Below are positions 36,647 to 46,035 of a stretch of 64,000 nt of DNA, one piece after another. The stretch lies in sequence record NC_061449.1. One strand, given 5' to 3'. The number at the start of each line of letters is the position of its first letter. Within the stretch, counting starts at the first letter, position 1. The notes beneath the pieces are model-generated. The model ran no database searches and was not told the origin of the DNA. It worked only from the letters and a program-made list of their open reading frames with translations. The translations under genes were made by a program, and so were the position numbers.

Positions 36647-37222
36647 ATGGAACAGATTGATATGTTTGATACACAGGGTGCGCATGAAATCTCCGAGTAC
36701 ACCGAACTTGATTCAGATCGTTTGCATCCGTCTGAGGTTACGCGCAATGACCGTCGCGTGATCGCTGCGTTCGGTCAGCCTGTACTTAGTGACGAATATC
36801 TTGCTAAGTACCCGAGTATGCGTCCTGGTAAATTGAAGTTTCGCAAGAAGCTGGTTATGGTTCATGAGTTCGTGCTCGTCACGCATGATAAACTGAAAGC
36901 CAGTTTATTGAAAAAGCAGGGCGACGTGCGCCGTATGAGCAATGCTGACCCGCAGTACCTGATCAATGTGTATAACCACACAGAGAAGGTAGCGTTGTTC
37001 ATGCGCGACTTTGAAGACTTCATGAGCCACTTCATGAATGCCCTTCACCTGTTTACTGTGGCGACTGTGTATGATGGCCGTCTGCTTGTGTTTGCAGAGA
37101 ACGGCGATCCGCTTGTCACCTCAGAAGAAACGTTGGCGATGCTCACCGAGATTGAGCACTTCATCAACAAAAGCAAAGTGTATCGCGTACACTCACAACA
37201 CGCCATCTACCGTACAATCTAA
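36647..37222 (+). CDS. Hypothetical protein (start ATG 36647)
   Basis: GGAG RBS. Confidence 0.7.
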   Translation: MEQIDMFDTQGAHEISEYTELDSDRLHPSEVTRNDRRVIAAFGQPVLSDEYLAKYPSMRPGKLKFRKKLVMVHEFVLVTHDKLKASLLKKQGDVRRMSNADPQYLINVYNHTEKVALFMRDFEDFMSHFMNALHLFTVATVYDGRLLVFAENGDPLVTSEETLAMLTEIEHFINKSKVYRVHSQHAIYRTI

Positions 37223-37269
37223 TCTATCAATCGAGGCAGCGCTCACGGGTGCTGCACAGGAGAAACATT

Positions 37270-38808
37270 ATGTCATTCGATCTTCGTCAAAACTTACTGC
37301 TTGTTCGTGACGCTGCCTTGACAGGCAAGCCGCTGTTTTATTTCTACAACGCCATGGGACGTGAGATGGTTCTTACTGGCGATGTGCTGCGTGAAATCAT
37401 TGAGCGCCAGAAAGAAGGTACGCTCTGCACTAACACTTACTGGGGTTTCGCGTCTGACCCTACGCTAGAGGTTTGGTCGTTCGACGATAACAATGACCTA
37501 ATGCTTCACCATCACGTAGGCAAGTCCTGCAAAACGTTCCTGCCGTATGAGATGCTTGAGAGTGCTCACGAAGGCTTCAAGCCCATCAATGGTCTGTTCA
37601 TCGAAGACAGTCTGCGCCGCATAATCAAGATTCATCTCAAGGCAACATGCCGTGAGGAACAAAAGATCACTTGGTTTGCCGATCTACCTGAGTCCGAAAT
37701 GCGTAGCATGTTGTTATCTCTCGGTGTGGGTCCGATGCGTGTGTCGCGGGAAGACAAAGAAGGTCTGGTCAAGCTGCATGGCCGTTGGCTGGAAGACTTC
37801 GATGATAAGTACAAGTACACGCATAACGCAATCGGCTTGGACGACAACGAAAAAATTCCTGCTGACTATCGCCCTGACCGCATTCGTGACATTACGAAGC
37901 GTATGATGGCTAATGGCAAAACTCAGGATATGATGGACCAAACTCTGAATGACTTGTTGCGTCAGTGTCGTATTCGCGGCGATATCCCGCATCCGGGCCG
38001 TAACTTCAATCGCCATCAATTGACTTGCTACTACGCAACGCATTTGATCTTTGCGCACGACGCGAAAGAGAAAATGTCAGAACTGATTGATAATCCGCAA
38101 TTCGTGGTCAACTTCATTTATGGCTGGTACCCGGAATATACGTGGATTACGATCAACGAAGAAACGTTCGAGTATCAGCAGTCGCTGGTACGTGCCGCGC
38201 TGATCAGTCTGCAACGTCATGTGCAGAATGAAGTTGATGTATACAAGATCGATCATGGCATGGTTAAGTTTGCAGACAACTTCGAACCAAAAACAAACGA
38301 AAAGCCAGAAGATGATGGTGATCTTGATCTGGATAAACTGGACAGAGATGGTCTGTTAGAGCTGGTCATCCAGTATAAGCTGGCCTCAGCAAAGAAAGCC
38401 GCATCACTCGATATTTCTGAGTTACGTGAGCTTTGTGAAGACCATTTCGGGTATGATGAAGTTGAAGAGGACGAGCCAGAACAGGAGCGTGAGCCTCGTA
38501 AATTCCCAGCCGTCAGCGATGACCGTAATATCAGCTACGAAGCGATTCGTAAGGTTCTGATGAAAGCTAAAGTTCCTCGCGCTACCTACGCAGGCGACCT
38601 GTACTCAAACAACCGAGCAACTGTAAGCAAAGTACGTAAGAGCATAATCAGTGCTCTGACAAATGCAGTTGAAGAGGGTATGCTGAATAAACTGCCTCAA
38701 ATCTCATTAGAGGCTATTGCATACGCTCTGACAAAAATGAAAGACGGTGATCGCTATCCGCGTGACGCTGAGTACCTGAAAGAACTAATTAAACACGCAC
38801 TGCGTTAA
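37270..38808 (+). CDS. Hypothetical protein carrying the shared ~45-aa helical module
   Basis: AGGAG RBS; LDLDKLDRDGLLELVIQYKLASAKKAASLDISELRELCEDHFG at 38323-38454. Confidence 0.8.
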   Translation: MSFDLRQNLLLVRDAALTGKPLFYFYNAMGREMVLTGDVLREIIERQKEGTLCTNTYWGFASDPTLEVWSFDDNNDLMLHHHVGKSCKTFLPYEMLESAHEGFKPINGLFIEDSLRRIIKIHLKATCREEQKITWFADLPESEMRSMLLSLGVGPMRVSREDKEGLVKLHGRWLEDFDDKYKYTHNAIGLDDNEKIPADYRPDRIRDITKRMMANGKTQDMMDQTLNDLLRQCRIRGDIPHPGRNFNRHQLTCYYATHLIFAHDAKEKMSELIDNPQFVVNFIYGWYPEYTWITINEETFEYQQSLVRAALISLQRHVQNEVDVYKIDHGMVKFADNFEPKTNEKPEDDGDLDLDKLDRDGLLELVIQYKLASAKKAASLDISELRELCEDHFGYDEVEEDEPEQEREPRKFPAVSDDRNISYEAIRKVLMKAKVPRATYAGDLYSNNRATVSKVRKSIISALTNAVEEGMLNKLPQISLEAIAYALTKMKDGDRYPRDAEYLKELIKHALR

Positions 38809-38842
38809 TAGTCAATCATACCTAACATTGTAGGGAACAAAA

Positions 38843-39265
38843 ATGAAATTCGAACAAAACATTCTGGTTGTAAATCGCATCGCTCTTATCATGAACGACG
38901 AGCTAGTTCAGAAATGGGGCGAAGCTGCAAATGCTAACCGCGAAGCTGCGCAATATGCAACTGTAGTTATTCTGGCAAAACTCCAGCAACGTATCTTAGC
39001 TGCATTGTACAGTGAGAACATGGAAGCGTGTGCGCGTCCTGAACTTCTTTGGACTGACTATGGCGCTATCTCAACTAGTGGTCTGTTTATCATATCATCT
39101 GGTGCCGACCCGGAAATGTTGAACCATTACGAAGACCACGATTACTTGAACCACCTGCACACAATCAAACGTGTCGCCGAAGAGAATGGGTTTAAGCTGT
39201 CTGTCTTCCCTGTGAAAGCAAACTTCCCGTTCGCTAATACTGAAATCCCGGCAGATATGCAGTGA
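38843..39265 (+). CDS. Hypothetical protein
   Basis: AGGGA RBS. Confidence 0.7.
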   Translation: MKFEQNILVVNRIALIMNDELVQKWGEAANANREAAQYATVVILAKLQQRILAALYSENMEACARPELLWTDYGAISTSGLFIISSGADPEMLNHYEDHDYLNHLHTIKRVAEENGFKLSVFPVKANFPFANTEIPADMQ

Positions 39266-39273
39266 GGTGATCT

Positions 39274-39579
39274 ATGACTGATAAACTGACGTTGGTACCG
39301 AATGTCGCTATCGTCCTGAAGATGAACGAGCGCCGCTCATTCTTAGGGCCGAAAGAAGATGGGTTTGTCTATCTGGCGAGCAAGGAAGCGCTCGATAAAT
39401 TCGAGGCACATATCTTGCGCTACCGCAGCCGCGAAGAATACTCTGAGATAGACGAGCGTGAATTACGCGCTCTGACAGACGACGGTATTTTAGCTCTGAG
39501 TCATGCAGTCAAAGAAGACCCAGAACGCCCCTGGCTGTGGACAAAGACAGACTTTCGCATCAAGCTCTGGCAAGCATAA
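39274..39579 (+). CDS. Hypothetical protein
   Basis: GAGGTG RBS. Confidence 0.7.
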   Translation: MTDKLTLVPNVAIVLKMNERRSFLGPKEDGFVYLASKEALDKFEAHILRYRSREEYSEIDERELRALTDDGILALSHAVKEDPERPWLWTKTDFRIKLWQA

Positions 39580-39627
39580 AACTGGACAAAATGAGGCTAG
39601 TATTTGATGGTCTCATTGTGTTATACT
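39574..39627 (+). promoter_or_regulatory. Early-type promoter family copy 7
   Basis: GCA-TAAAAC-TGGACAAAAT ... TGTGT-TATACT. Confidence 0.8.
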
Positions 39628-39680
39628 AAAAGCGTAGCTTGTGCTGCGCTTTTTTCACTTATGTCTGAGGAGACAACAAA

Positions 39681-40145
39681 ATGCTGAACGAAACGAAAGC
39701 AACCTTATCTGATATCGAATTGCAGGACCGTATGATGGACTCTGCTGTCCAAAAAGTTATCGAACTGAAACCTGAATGGATCGACGTTTGTGCTGCGGGT
39801 CTCCGACTGTATCTGACAGTATGTGACCAGCTCGGCGGTCCGATTCCTGAAATGCGTTTCGTTCACAACAACAAGCCGTGCAAACTCTCGTTCAACCTGA
39901 AAGAAGCTACTGAGGGTAGTGAGTTCGTTGCGAACGATATCGATCACGAAAAGCAGATGGAAATTTGTGAAGCTATTCTCGCTACAGCCGAAGCAAATGA
40001 AGAAGGTCACTCGCTTATGGATCTTGCGATTTGCTCTGGTCGTCTGTTTATGATTGGTTATGACGGACTTGCTGGTACTATCGACAAAGTGTGTTTCCGC
40101 CACGCTAAAAAGAACTACACAATGAATCTGGTCAAAGAGGCCTGA
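39681..40145 (+). CDS. Hypothetical protein
   Basis: GAGGAG RBS. Confidence 0.75.
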   Translation: MLNETKATLSDIELQDRMMDSAVQKVIELKPEWIDVCAAGLRLYLTVCDQLGGPIPEMRFVHNNKPCKLSFNLKEATEGSEFVANDIDHEKQMEICEAILATAEANEEGHSLMDLAICSGRLFMIGYDGLAGTIDKVCFRHAKKNYTMNLVKEA

Positions 40146-40152
40146 GATTCTA

Positions 40153-40344
40153 ATGAAAACCACAAACGAAATGATCAAAGAGTTGCGACAACGCGGCGAG
40201 CTTGTTATTGAAGAACGCCAGAAAGACGCAGTACCCGACTTAACGTTCACGCTTGATTGTCTATGTCTCACATACAAGAAGCGTGAAGTAGAAACGACCA
40301 AGCGAGGCCGCGTTATCACAATCAAGTTGACGAACATGCACTAA
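40153..40344 (+). CDS. Small hypothetical protein
   Basis: 63 aa, GAGG upstream. Confidence 0.55.
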   Translation: MKTTNEMIKELRQRGELVIEERQKDAVPDLTFTLDCLCLTYKKREVETTKRGRVITIKLTNMH

Positions 40345-40355
40345 CAATCCAGTTT

Positions 40356-40429
40356 GGCTCGCCCGTCCAGAAATGCTCACCCCCTAATGAGGCGCCTATC
40401 GCAGAGGCGTGACGGTGCGGGTCCTTTTT
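40356..40429 (+). ncRNA. Candidate three-way-junction structured RNA
   Basis: 12-bp outer stem GGCTCGC-CCGTC/GACGG-(T)-GCGGGTC enclosing CTCA/TGAG and GCGCCT/AGGCGT hairpins, then TTTTT. Confidence 0.4.
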
Positions 40430-40485
40430 AGAACGTACTTATTAGTGCGTTGCATAAAGTACCTAAAACCAAACAGGAGGCTGTT

Positions 40486-40752
40486 ATGAAGTTTAACGAT
40501 GTAAGCAAAGATGCTCAGGTAATTCTTATGGGTGGCGCACTTGCCGGTGTGATTGAAGTCTTCGGACGCGACGAAGAAGATGAAGGCAAAAAGCTGATCG
40601 AAACAGCATTGAGCCAAGTCGGTATGACGTTCGACGAGTTCCGTGTTCTGATGACAGAGATGACACCGGAAGTTGAGGCAGAAGTTGAAGCAATGCTCGG
40701 CAATCGCAATGAAGACGGCCAGACTGATGAAAATGGCTGGAGCAAAGAATGA
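40486..40752 (+). CDS. Acidic hypothetical protein (start ATG 40486)
   Basis: AGGAGG RBS. Confidence 0.75.
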   Translation: MKFNDVSKDAQVILMGGALAGVIEVFGRDEEDEGKKLIETALSQVGMTFDEFRVLMTEMTPEVEAEVEAMLGNRNEDGQTDENGWSKE

Positions 40753-40964
40753 GCCGACGACCAACGCAAGATGAAGTGAACGGTCAGATAGCTGCGTCCG
40801 AAGAGCAACGCTATAACGAACAAATCGCTCAATATGACGACTGGACAGACGACGAGCTGGCAGATGCTGTAGAAGCTAATGAGCTTGTACGCGAAGATGA
40901 AGACGCAAGCGACTACAGCCGCGAAGCGCTGATTCGTATGCTGCTGGCTGATAGACGCTTCTAA
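40749..40964 (+). CDS. Small acidic protein with Rho-N/HeH-like module
   Basis: YDDWTDDELADAVEANEL...YSREALIRMLL. Confidence 0.7.
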   Translation: MSRRPTQDEVNGQIAASEEQRYNEQIAQYDDWTDDELADAVEANELVREDEDASDYSREALIRMLLADRRF

Positions 40965-41018
40965 GCATAAAACTGGACAAAATGAGGGTTGTATCAGAAT
41001 AGCGCCCTGAGCTATACT
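40965..41018 (+). promoter_or_regulatory. Early-type promoter family copy 8
   Basis: GCA-TAAAAC-TGGACAAAAT ... TGAGC-TATACT. Confidence 0.8.
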
Positions 41019-41022
41019 ATAC

Positions 41023-41207
41023 AGACAGCGAGACATGTTCTCTCTGTGATGTGCCTATAACGTCTTGACCGTGTGTTTATCTTTTCCCGGGCACACGGTC
41101 CTTTTTAAAGCCGCTTCCTGTGAGGCTGTTTTAAAAAGGGTTCGATACCCTTTGAGCGCGCCGGGCTTTACGCGGTTTCCGCCTATCGTGCTCTCATGCT
41201 AAACCGC
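41023..41207 (+). ncRNA. Candidate structured leader/sRNA with a tRNA-like T-arm
   Basis: Own promoter; hairpin GACCGTGTG/CACACGGTC + TTTTT; AAGGG-TTCGATA-CCCTT (41136-41152); GCGGTTT/AAACCGC stem. Confidence 0.4.
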
Positions 41208-41220
41208 AAAGGAAATTGAT

Positions 41221-41940
41221 ATGCCTACTACTTCACGCCCTAAAACAGAAGACAAATTCTCTCAGGCTCGTGCTGCTAAGAACTCTCCAGAGCGTCAGGC
41301 CGCCGCCGAAAAGAAACGTCACAAGGAAACTCCGCCGAAATCAGTACAGGCGAAGTTAGATGCCGTAGCTGCTTCTAAAAAGAAGACGCCGCGTGGTCCG
41401 TCTTCTGTTAGGCCAAAAGCCAGTGCCCCGACTCCTTCTTTCAAGGAACACCTTGCTAAGAAGCGAGTGCGCGATGAAGAACGCGTGTTCAATTTGGTTC
41501 ATGCAATTCTTTCTGCGTGGAAAGCAGATGTGGGTCACGCTGAACACACTGCCGCTTCTGCGGGCATCATCAAAGTGTCGCGTCGTAAGATTGAAGGCGC
41601 CCTGCGTGACCTCAAGAATACGCGCTTCACTAAGATCCCGACGCTCATTAATGACGTCCTCGTGTATAACGAAGTCTGCAATGAGTTTGGTCAGTGGGTA
41701 TACGTCGAGCATGATAGTCCTGATTGGATTTTCGTGCGTCTGCCTGAAAACAGCACACCTGTGATTCGTGCTGATATCAGCTACGACAAGACAGGGGAAA
41801 CACCTGCCTCTATTTCGACTTCAAGCGAAGCTCTGCTGGCCGACTTCGACGAAGAAGAGGAAGACGAGATTCCTGAGAACGTCGAATATGATGACGAGAA
41901 TGATTCCGATCTTGCCGAAGAAGAAGAGGAGGAAGAATAA
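41221..41940 (+). CDS. Hypothetical protein with basic N-terminus and acidic C-terminus
   Basis: AAGGA RBS. Confidence 0.75.
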   Translation: MPTTSRPKTEDKFSQARAAKNSPERQAAAEKKRHKETPPKSVQAKLDAVAASKKKTPRGPSSVRPKASAPTPSFKEHLAKKRVRDEERVFNLVHAILSAWKADVGHAEHTAASAGIIKVSRRKIEGALRDLKNTRFTKIPTLINDVLVYNEVCNEFGQWVYVEHDSPDWIFVRLPENSTPVIRADISYDKTGETPASISTSSEALLADFDEEEEDEIPENVEYDDENDSDLAEEEEEEE

Positions 41941-42389
41941 TGGCCTCTTCAATTCGTCCGGCATCCGAAACTGCTGCAATGATCATTGAAAACGTCACGC
42001 TCTATTCTCAAGAGAAGGGGCATGATTATACGCTGCCGCGCTTTAAAATGTCAGACGCAGCAATACGCCGCATTTCAGGGCATACGCGCTTGCTGCCTGA
42101 AAGCTATATCGAACAGCTCACCGTCGAGCTACAACAACTTGACTGGTTAATCGTTCGATATGAAGCAGGCATGTTTGTCTTCATGTCGTATGCAGTGGCA
42201 AAGAACTGGACGACTTTGAGCGCAAAGCGTGTTGTGCCAAACGACGACCTAAACGCTGAGTACGATACGTGGACGTTGCCTGAGCTACAGGGATTCGCTC
42301 AACGTAACGACTTCTTACAGCCCGACGAAGAGGGGTTTCACGATAGAGCGTCAGTGATTCGCGCTATCATGCGAGGCGAGACTCACTAA
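41940..42389 (+). CDS. Hypothetical protein with C-terminal Rho-N/HeH-like module
   Basis: TAATG coupling; YDTWTLPELQGFAQRNDF...HDRASVIRAIM. Confidence 0.7.
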   Translation: MASSIRPASETAAMIIENVTLYSQEKGHDYTLPRFKMSDAAIRRISGHTRLLPESYIEQLTVELQQLDWLIVRYEAGMFVFMSYAVAKNWTTLSAKRVVPNDDLNAEYDTWTLPELQGFAQRNDFLQPDEEGFHDRASVIRAIMRGETH

Positions 42390-42438
42390 GCAATAACGAG
42401 CGGGGCAGTATATAGCTGCCCTGCTATCTGCGAAGTAT

Positions 42439-42492
42439 GCAGAAAACTGGACAAAATCGTGGTTGCTATCTGAAAGCGACCTATGATATACT
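42439..42492 (+). promoter_or_regulatory. Early-type promoter family copy 9
   Basis: GCA-GAAAAC-TGGACAAAAT ... TATGA-TATACT; shares ATCTGCGAAGTATGCA upstream with copy 1. Confidence 0.8.
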
Positions 42493-42549
42493 TAATGCAG
42501 ACGCAATAGTGCGTCGCACATAAAACACATATACTGAGGAGTATTAATC

Positions 42550-44166
42550 ATGGCACGTATCGAAACTAACACTAACCTGGTTGGCAAAACTATCGTCCTG
42601 CTGAACGGCACCAAAACTAAAATCGAAGATGCAATCGCATCCGGCTACAAAGTGAAAGGCCAGACGAAACGTATCGCTACCCGTTGCGTTGTGAAAGATG
42701 GTGCGCACTTCCGTGAAATCGAACGTATGAACATGAGCCAGCTGGAAGATACAGGCGAAGGTTATGTTAAGCTGAAAGATGCGAAAGCGTCTGGCAAGAA
42801 AGCGACCGGCAAGAAAGACGCTGTGAAAGAGAAAGCGCCTAAGACTTCTGGTAAGAAGACTGGCGGCAAAGTCTCGAAAGAGAAAGAGCCGAAAGTTCGT
42901 CGCAAAACAAAAGTTAGTGGAGGCGAAGACGAGCTGGACTTCAATGATTTTTCAGCAACCGCTGTTGCTGGCTCTATCATCAAAGGCGGCAAGGCGAAAC
43001 CTGCTGTTGAAATCGAGGCTGTAGACGAAACGCTGACCGATACTGTAGCCAAACGTCTGGTGGCGCTGATTGAAAACAGCGAAATTGCGAAAGTGTGCGC
43101 TGACAACAAAACGCCGATCGCTAACGCGCTGTCAGTTGCTTACGGTGCTGAGTACGCCGAAGAGAACAACACAATGCAGATCACGCTGAGCCTGCAATAT
43201 GCGATGCCTGTCAAAGATACCGCTGTTGCGCCTGAGCTTGATGAAGCTGTTGCGAAACGTGCCTCCAAACTTGCTGCTAAGAAGATTGGCAAAGTGCTGG
43301 CGAAAGCAATCAAAGCTGCGTTTGATCTCGAAGATGCAAACGACCTGCTGCCCGGTACTGTACTGACCACTGACGGTGCTGAGTTCGTGTTTGTGGGTGA
43401 ATCTGCTAAACACGCCGGCAAAGCGCTGATGTATAGCGCAGACACTGACGGCTTCAAATCATTCGGCGCCGACAAGCTGTCCGACTTCGAAATCGTCGCT
43501 GAGGAAAGCGAAGAAGTCGAAGAAGAAGAGGAAGAAGAGGAAGAAGAAGTCGAAGAAGTCGAAGAAGAAGAGGAAGACGGCGAAGACGACGACAACGTAG
43601 AAGATGACGGCGAGCCACAAGACGCCGAATACGAGTTCGTTGCTGTCGAAGCTGATCAACTCGAACTGGTCAACAAGAAAGTGACCGCGAAGTATCACGC
43701 TGCACTTGCCGAACGTTTCGGCGTAGACGAAGAAGCGCTCGCCCCTGGCCTGATGTTGACTGACGGCGAAACAACCTTCGCTTATCTGGGCTGCGATAGC
43801 AAAGGCGGGCTGTTGGTAATCGACCTGTCTGACGACGCAGACGAAGAAGATAACGTTCTGGTCTATAGTAAAGCGGATATCAAAACGCTGAACGACTTTA
43901 GCCCTGTGATCGATAGCGGTGAAGCTGACGACGCCGAAGAAGACACCGAAGAAGAAAACGACACCGAAGAAGAAAACGACTTCGAAGATGAAGACGGTGA
44001 AGAAGACGAAGACGAAGAAGACTTCGAATTTGACGACGCACCGAGCGAAGACCTCGAAGATCTGTCCGAAGACGAGCTGCGTGATCGCGCTGTTGAAGCC
44101 GGTCTGACTACGCCGCGTAAAGCAGACAAAATGAATGCTGCCCAGCTGCGTAAGCTCCTGAAGTAA
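42550..44166 (+). CDS. Large acidic multidomain protein, paralogue of 44243..45655
   Basis: GAGGAG RBS; shared N-terminal domain, two LxPG..F.(F/Y)(V/L)G domains, D/E tracts, C-terminal helical module. Confidence 0.85.
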   Translation: MARIETNTNLVGKTIVLLNGTKTKIEDAIASGYKVKGQTKRIATRCVVKDGAHFREIERMNMSQLEDTGEGYVKLKDAKASGKKATGKKDAVKEKAPKTSGKKTGGKVSKEKEPKVRRKTKVSGGEDELDFNDFSATAVAGSIIKGGKAKPAVEIEAVDETLTDTVAKRLVALIENSEIAKVCADNKTPIANALSVAYGAEYAEENNTMQITLSLQYAMPVKDTAVAPELDEAVAKRASKLAAKKIGKVLAKAIKAAFDLEDANDLLPGTVLTTDGAEFVFVGESAKHAGKALMYSADTDGFKSFGADKLSDFEIVAEESEEVEEEEEEEEEEVEEVEEEEEDGEDDDNVEDDGEPQDAEYEFVAVEADQLELVNKKVTAKYHAALAERFGVDEEALAPGLMLTDGETTFAYLGCDSKGGLLVIDLSDDADEEDNVLVYSKADIKTLNDFSPVIDSGEADDAEEDTEEENDTEEENDFEDEDGEEDEDEEDFEFDDAPSEDLEDLSEDELRDRAVEAGLTTPRKADKMNAAQLRKLLK

Positions 44167-44242
44167 TCTCGTAACACTGAAATAAGATGCGGTTCATACA
44201 GAGCCGCATCTCTGACAACTAAGCTGATTGAGGAATCACACT

Positions 44243-45655
44243 ATGTCAAACGCAAATGCAAACCTGTTGAACGCTCGTGTACGTCGTCTGGACGGTACTG
44301 TAACTTACATCAATAAAGTAAATAGTAACGGTTATAGCACCGACGCGAAAGGTCCGCAGATTCCAGTTAAGCGTATCGTGCTTGCTGGCAAAACGCTGAA
44401 AGAGATTGAAGCGCCGTTAGCGAAAGCTGAACACGTTCTGATTGACGGTATCACTGTGAAGCTGAACAAGCGCCAGCAGAAAGACTTGCTCAACAACGAG
44501 CTTGATCTCGACACAATCAAGCCAGACTTTAGCTCTCTGGTGTACATTGACCCTGAGACAGGCAAGCCAGCTACTGCGAAAGCACCGAAAGCAGAGAAAG
44601 CTGCAAAGCCTAAAGCAGGGCTGAAAGCAACACGCGAGCGTAACGAAGCGAAAGGTCCTTCACTCGCACAGCAGGTAGACGCAGTGATCGCTGATGCTAA
44701 TAGCGTAGCGAAACGCGCCGATGCAGCGAAAGCGTTTGGCATGTTGTGGAAAGATTTGAAAGTTGCCAAGGGCGTTGACGTTGTAAAAGCTCTTGGCCGT
44801 AGCCATGTACGTAAAGCGCTCAAAGCGCTGGACACCGAAGCTGCTAACCTGAAAGCTGATGTAGATTTGCTGCCGTCTGATAAAGTTGATCGCAAAGCAG
44901 AACTGGCACACACTATCGACGCAACCATCGCCGATGCTGATACGCAAGATCGCCGTAAGCTGTTGAGCGAAGCGTTTGACATGGACTGGAAAGACGTTAA
45001 GAAGCACGGTGGTAAGGGCGTCATCAAGCACATGGGCCGTAAAGCTGCCCAGTCTGCTGTGAATCGTCTGCGTGAAGGCGTGAAGCAAGACACGTTCATT
45101 AAGCAAATGCCTATCGCGCTGAAACGTCTGATTCAAGACGGCAATCTGACGCTGAACAAAGCGCAGATTGAACGTGTGCTGGGTGCGCTTGACCTCGACG
45201 TGAAGTTCTACGACGTGGCAATGCAAACACTGCTGGGTAATCTCAAGCTGTCTCTCGACAAATCTATTGAGAACCCGAAAGTGAAAGAGAAGAAAGCGAA
45301 GCACAAACTTGCAGTGCCGACCTACGCTTCTGAAAAAGAACAGACCAAGCGTGTGCGCAAAATGACTATCAAGCTCATTAAGCCCCCGAAGAAAGAAATG
45401 AAAGCGGCAAGAGCGCACATGAAAGAATCAAAAGCGATCATCGCCAAGAAGCTGGGCATCAAACCTGCTGATGTGAAGCGTGGCCTGATCTGCTACAAGC
45501 CGAACGGTGTTGAGCTGATGTTCGTCGCGTGTGACATGACCGGCCCTGTCTTCATCGAGAAAGACGGCAGCGAATGTGTAATGGCACATGCCAACGTTGC
45601 ACACACCTTCAATCTGACTCTGGGCCCTAAATCTGAACTGGATGCTGCTGTATGA
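44243..45655 (+). CDS. Large basic multidomain protein, paralogue of 42550..44166
   Basis: GAGGA RBS; shared N-terminal domain; two internal IDAxIADA..AF.M.WKD repeats; Lys/Ala-rich. Confidence 0.85.
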   Translation: MSNANANLLNARVRRLDGTVTYINKVNSNGYSTDAKGPQIPVKRIVLAGKTLKEIEAPLAKAEHVLIDGITVKLNKRQQKDLLNNELDLDTIKPDFSSLVYIDPETGKPATAKAPKAEKAAKPKAGLKATRERNEAKGPSLAQQVDAVIADANSVAKRADAAKAFGMLWKDLKVAKGVDVVKALGRSHVRKALKALDTEAANLKADVDLLPSDKVDRKAELAHTIDATIADADTQDRRKLLSEAFDMDWKDVKKHGGKGVIKHMGRKAAQSAVNRLREGVKQDTFIKQMPIALKRLIQDGNLTLNKAQIERVLGALDLDVKFYDVAMQTLLGNLKLSLDKSIENPKVKEKKAKHKLAVPTYASEKEQTKRVRKMTIKLIKPPKKEMKAARAHMKESKAIIAKKLGIKPADVKRGLICYKPNGVELMFVACDMTGPVFIEKDGSECVMAHANVAHTFNLTLGPKSELDAAV

Positions 45656-46035
45656 CAAATAACGAAATCCTTTTGTCTGGCATGTTTGCTCAACTCTATG
45701 CGCGGCTGGTAACAGCCGCAGTATTGAAGACCCACGTGTACTACTCTGACTTAGCGCCGATTGTATTCGGCGTTCAACTATCCGTGATAAGCAGTGCGCA
45801 GTACGATGCACTGTGGTCTCTTTTAAAAGAGACCATGCGTATTGATATATCGCAGGGTAGACCGCCGCTCGCAGCACTGTATGTATCACGGGCGTCCGAT
45901 AGTAAACTGCCCGCTAAGAAATTCTTTCGTGAGTACCACAAGCTCACGGGCAAGCATTTGTCAGAAGCTGAATGGCAAGCACTCGTCGAGAATGTGTGGA
46001 ACAACTATTCACCAGATCTTCGGGAGCCATCATGA
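45652..46035 (+). CDS. Hypothetical protein, possible winged-helix (YxxLA...GRPPLAALYV)
   Basis: ATGA coupling; PPLxALxV pattern. Confidence 0.6.
   Translation: MTNNEILLSGMFAQLYARLVTAAVLKTHVYYSDLAPIVFGVQLSVISSAQYDALWSLLKETMRIDISQGRPPLAALYVSRASDSKLPAKKFFREYHKLTGKHLSEAEWQALVENVWNNYSPDLREPS

Noticed and set aside
40383-40415. Hammerhead ribozyme (CTAATGAG + stem)
   Set aside because: Core would need CUGAUGA and GAAA after stem II; here CUAAUGA and GAC
41089-41163. Functional tRNA gene
   Set aside because: Acceptor stem has two mismatches, the D-arm is collapsed and there is no CCA; kept only as a tRNA-like finding
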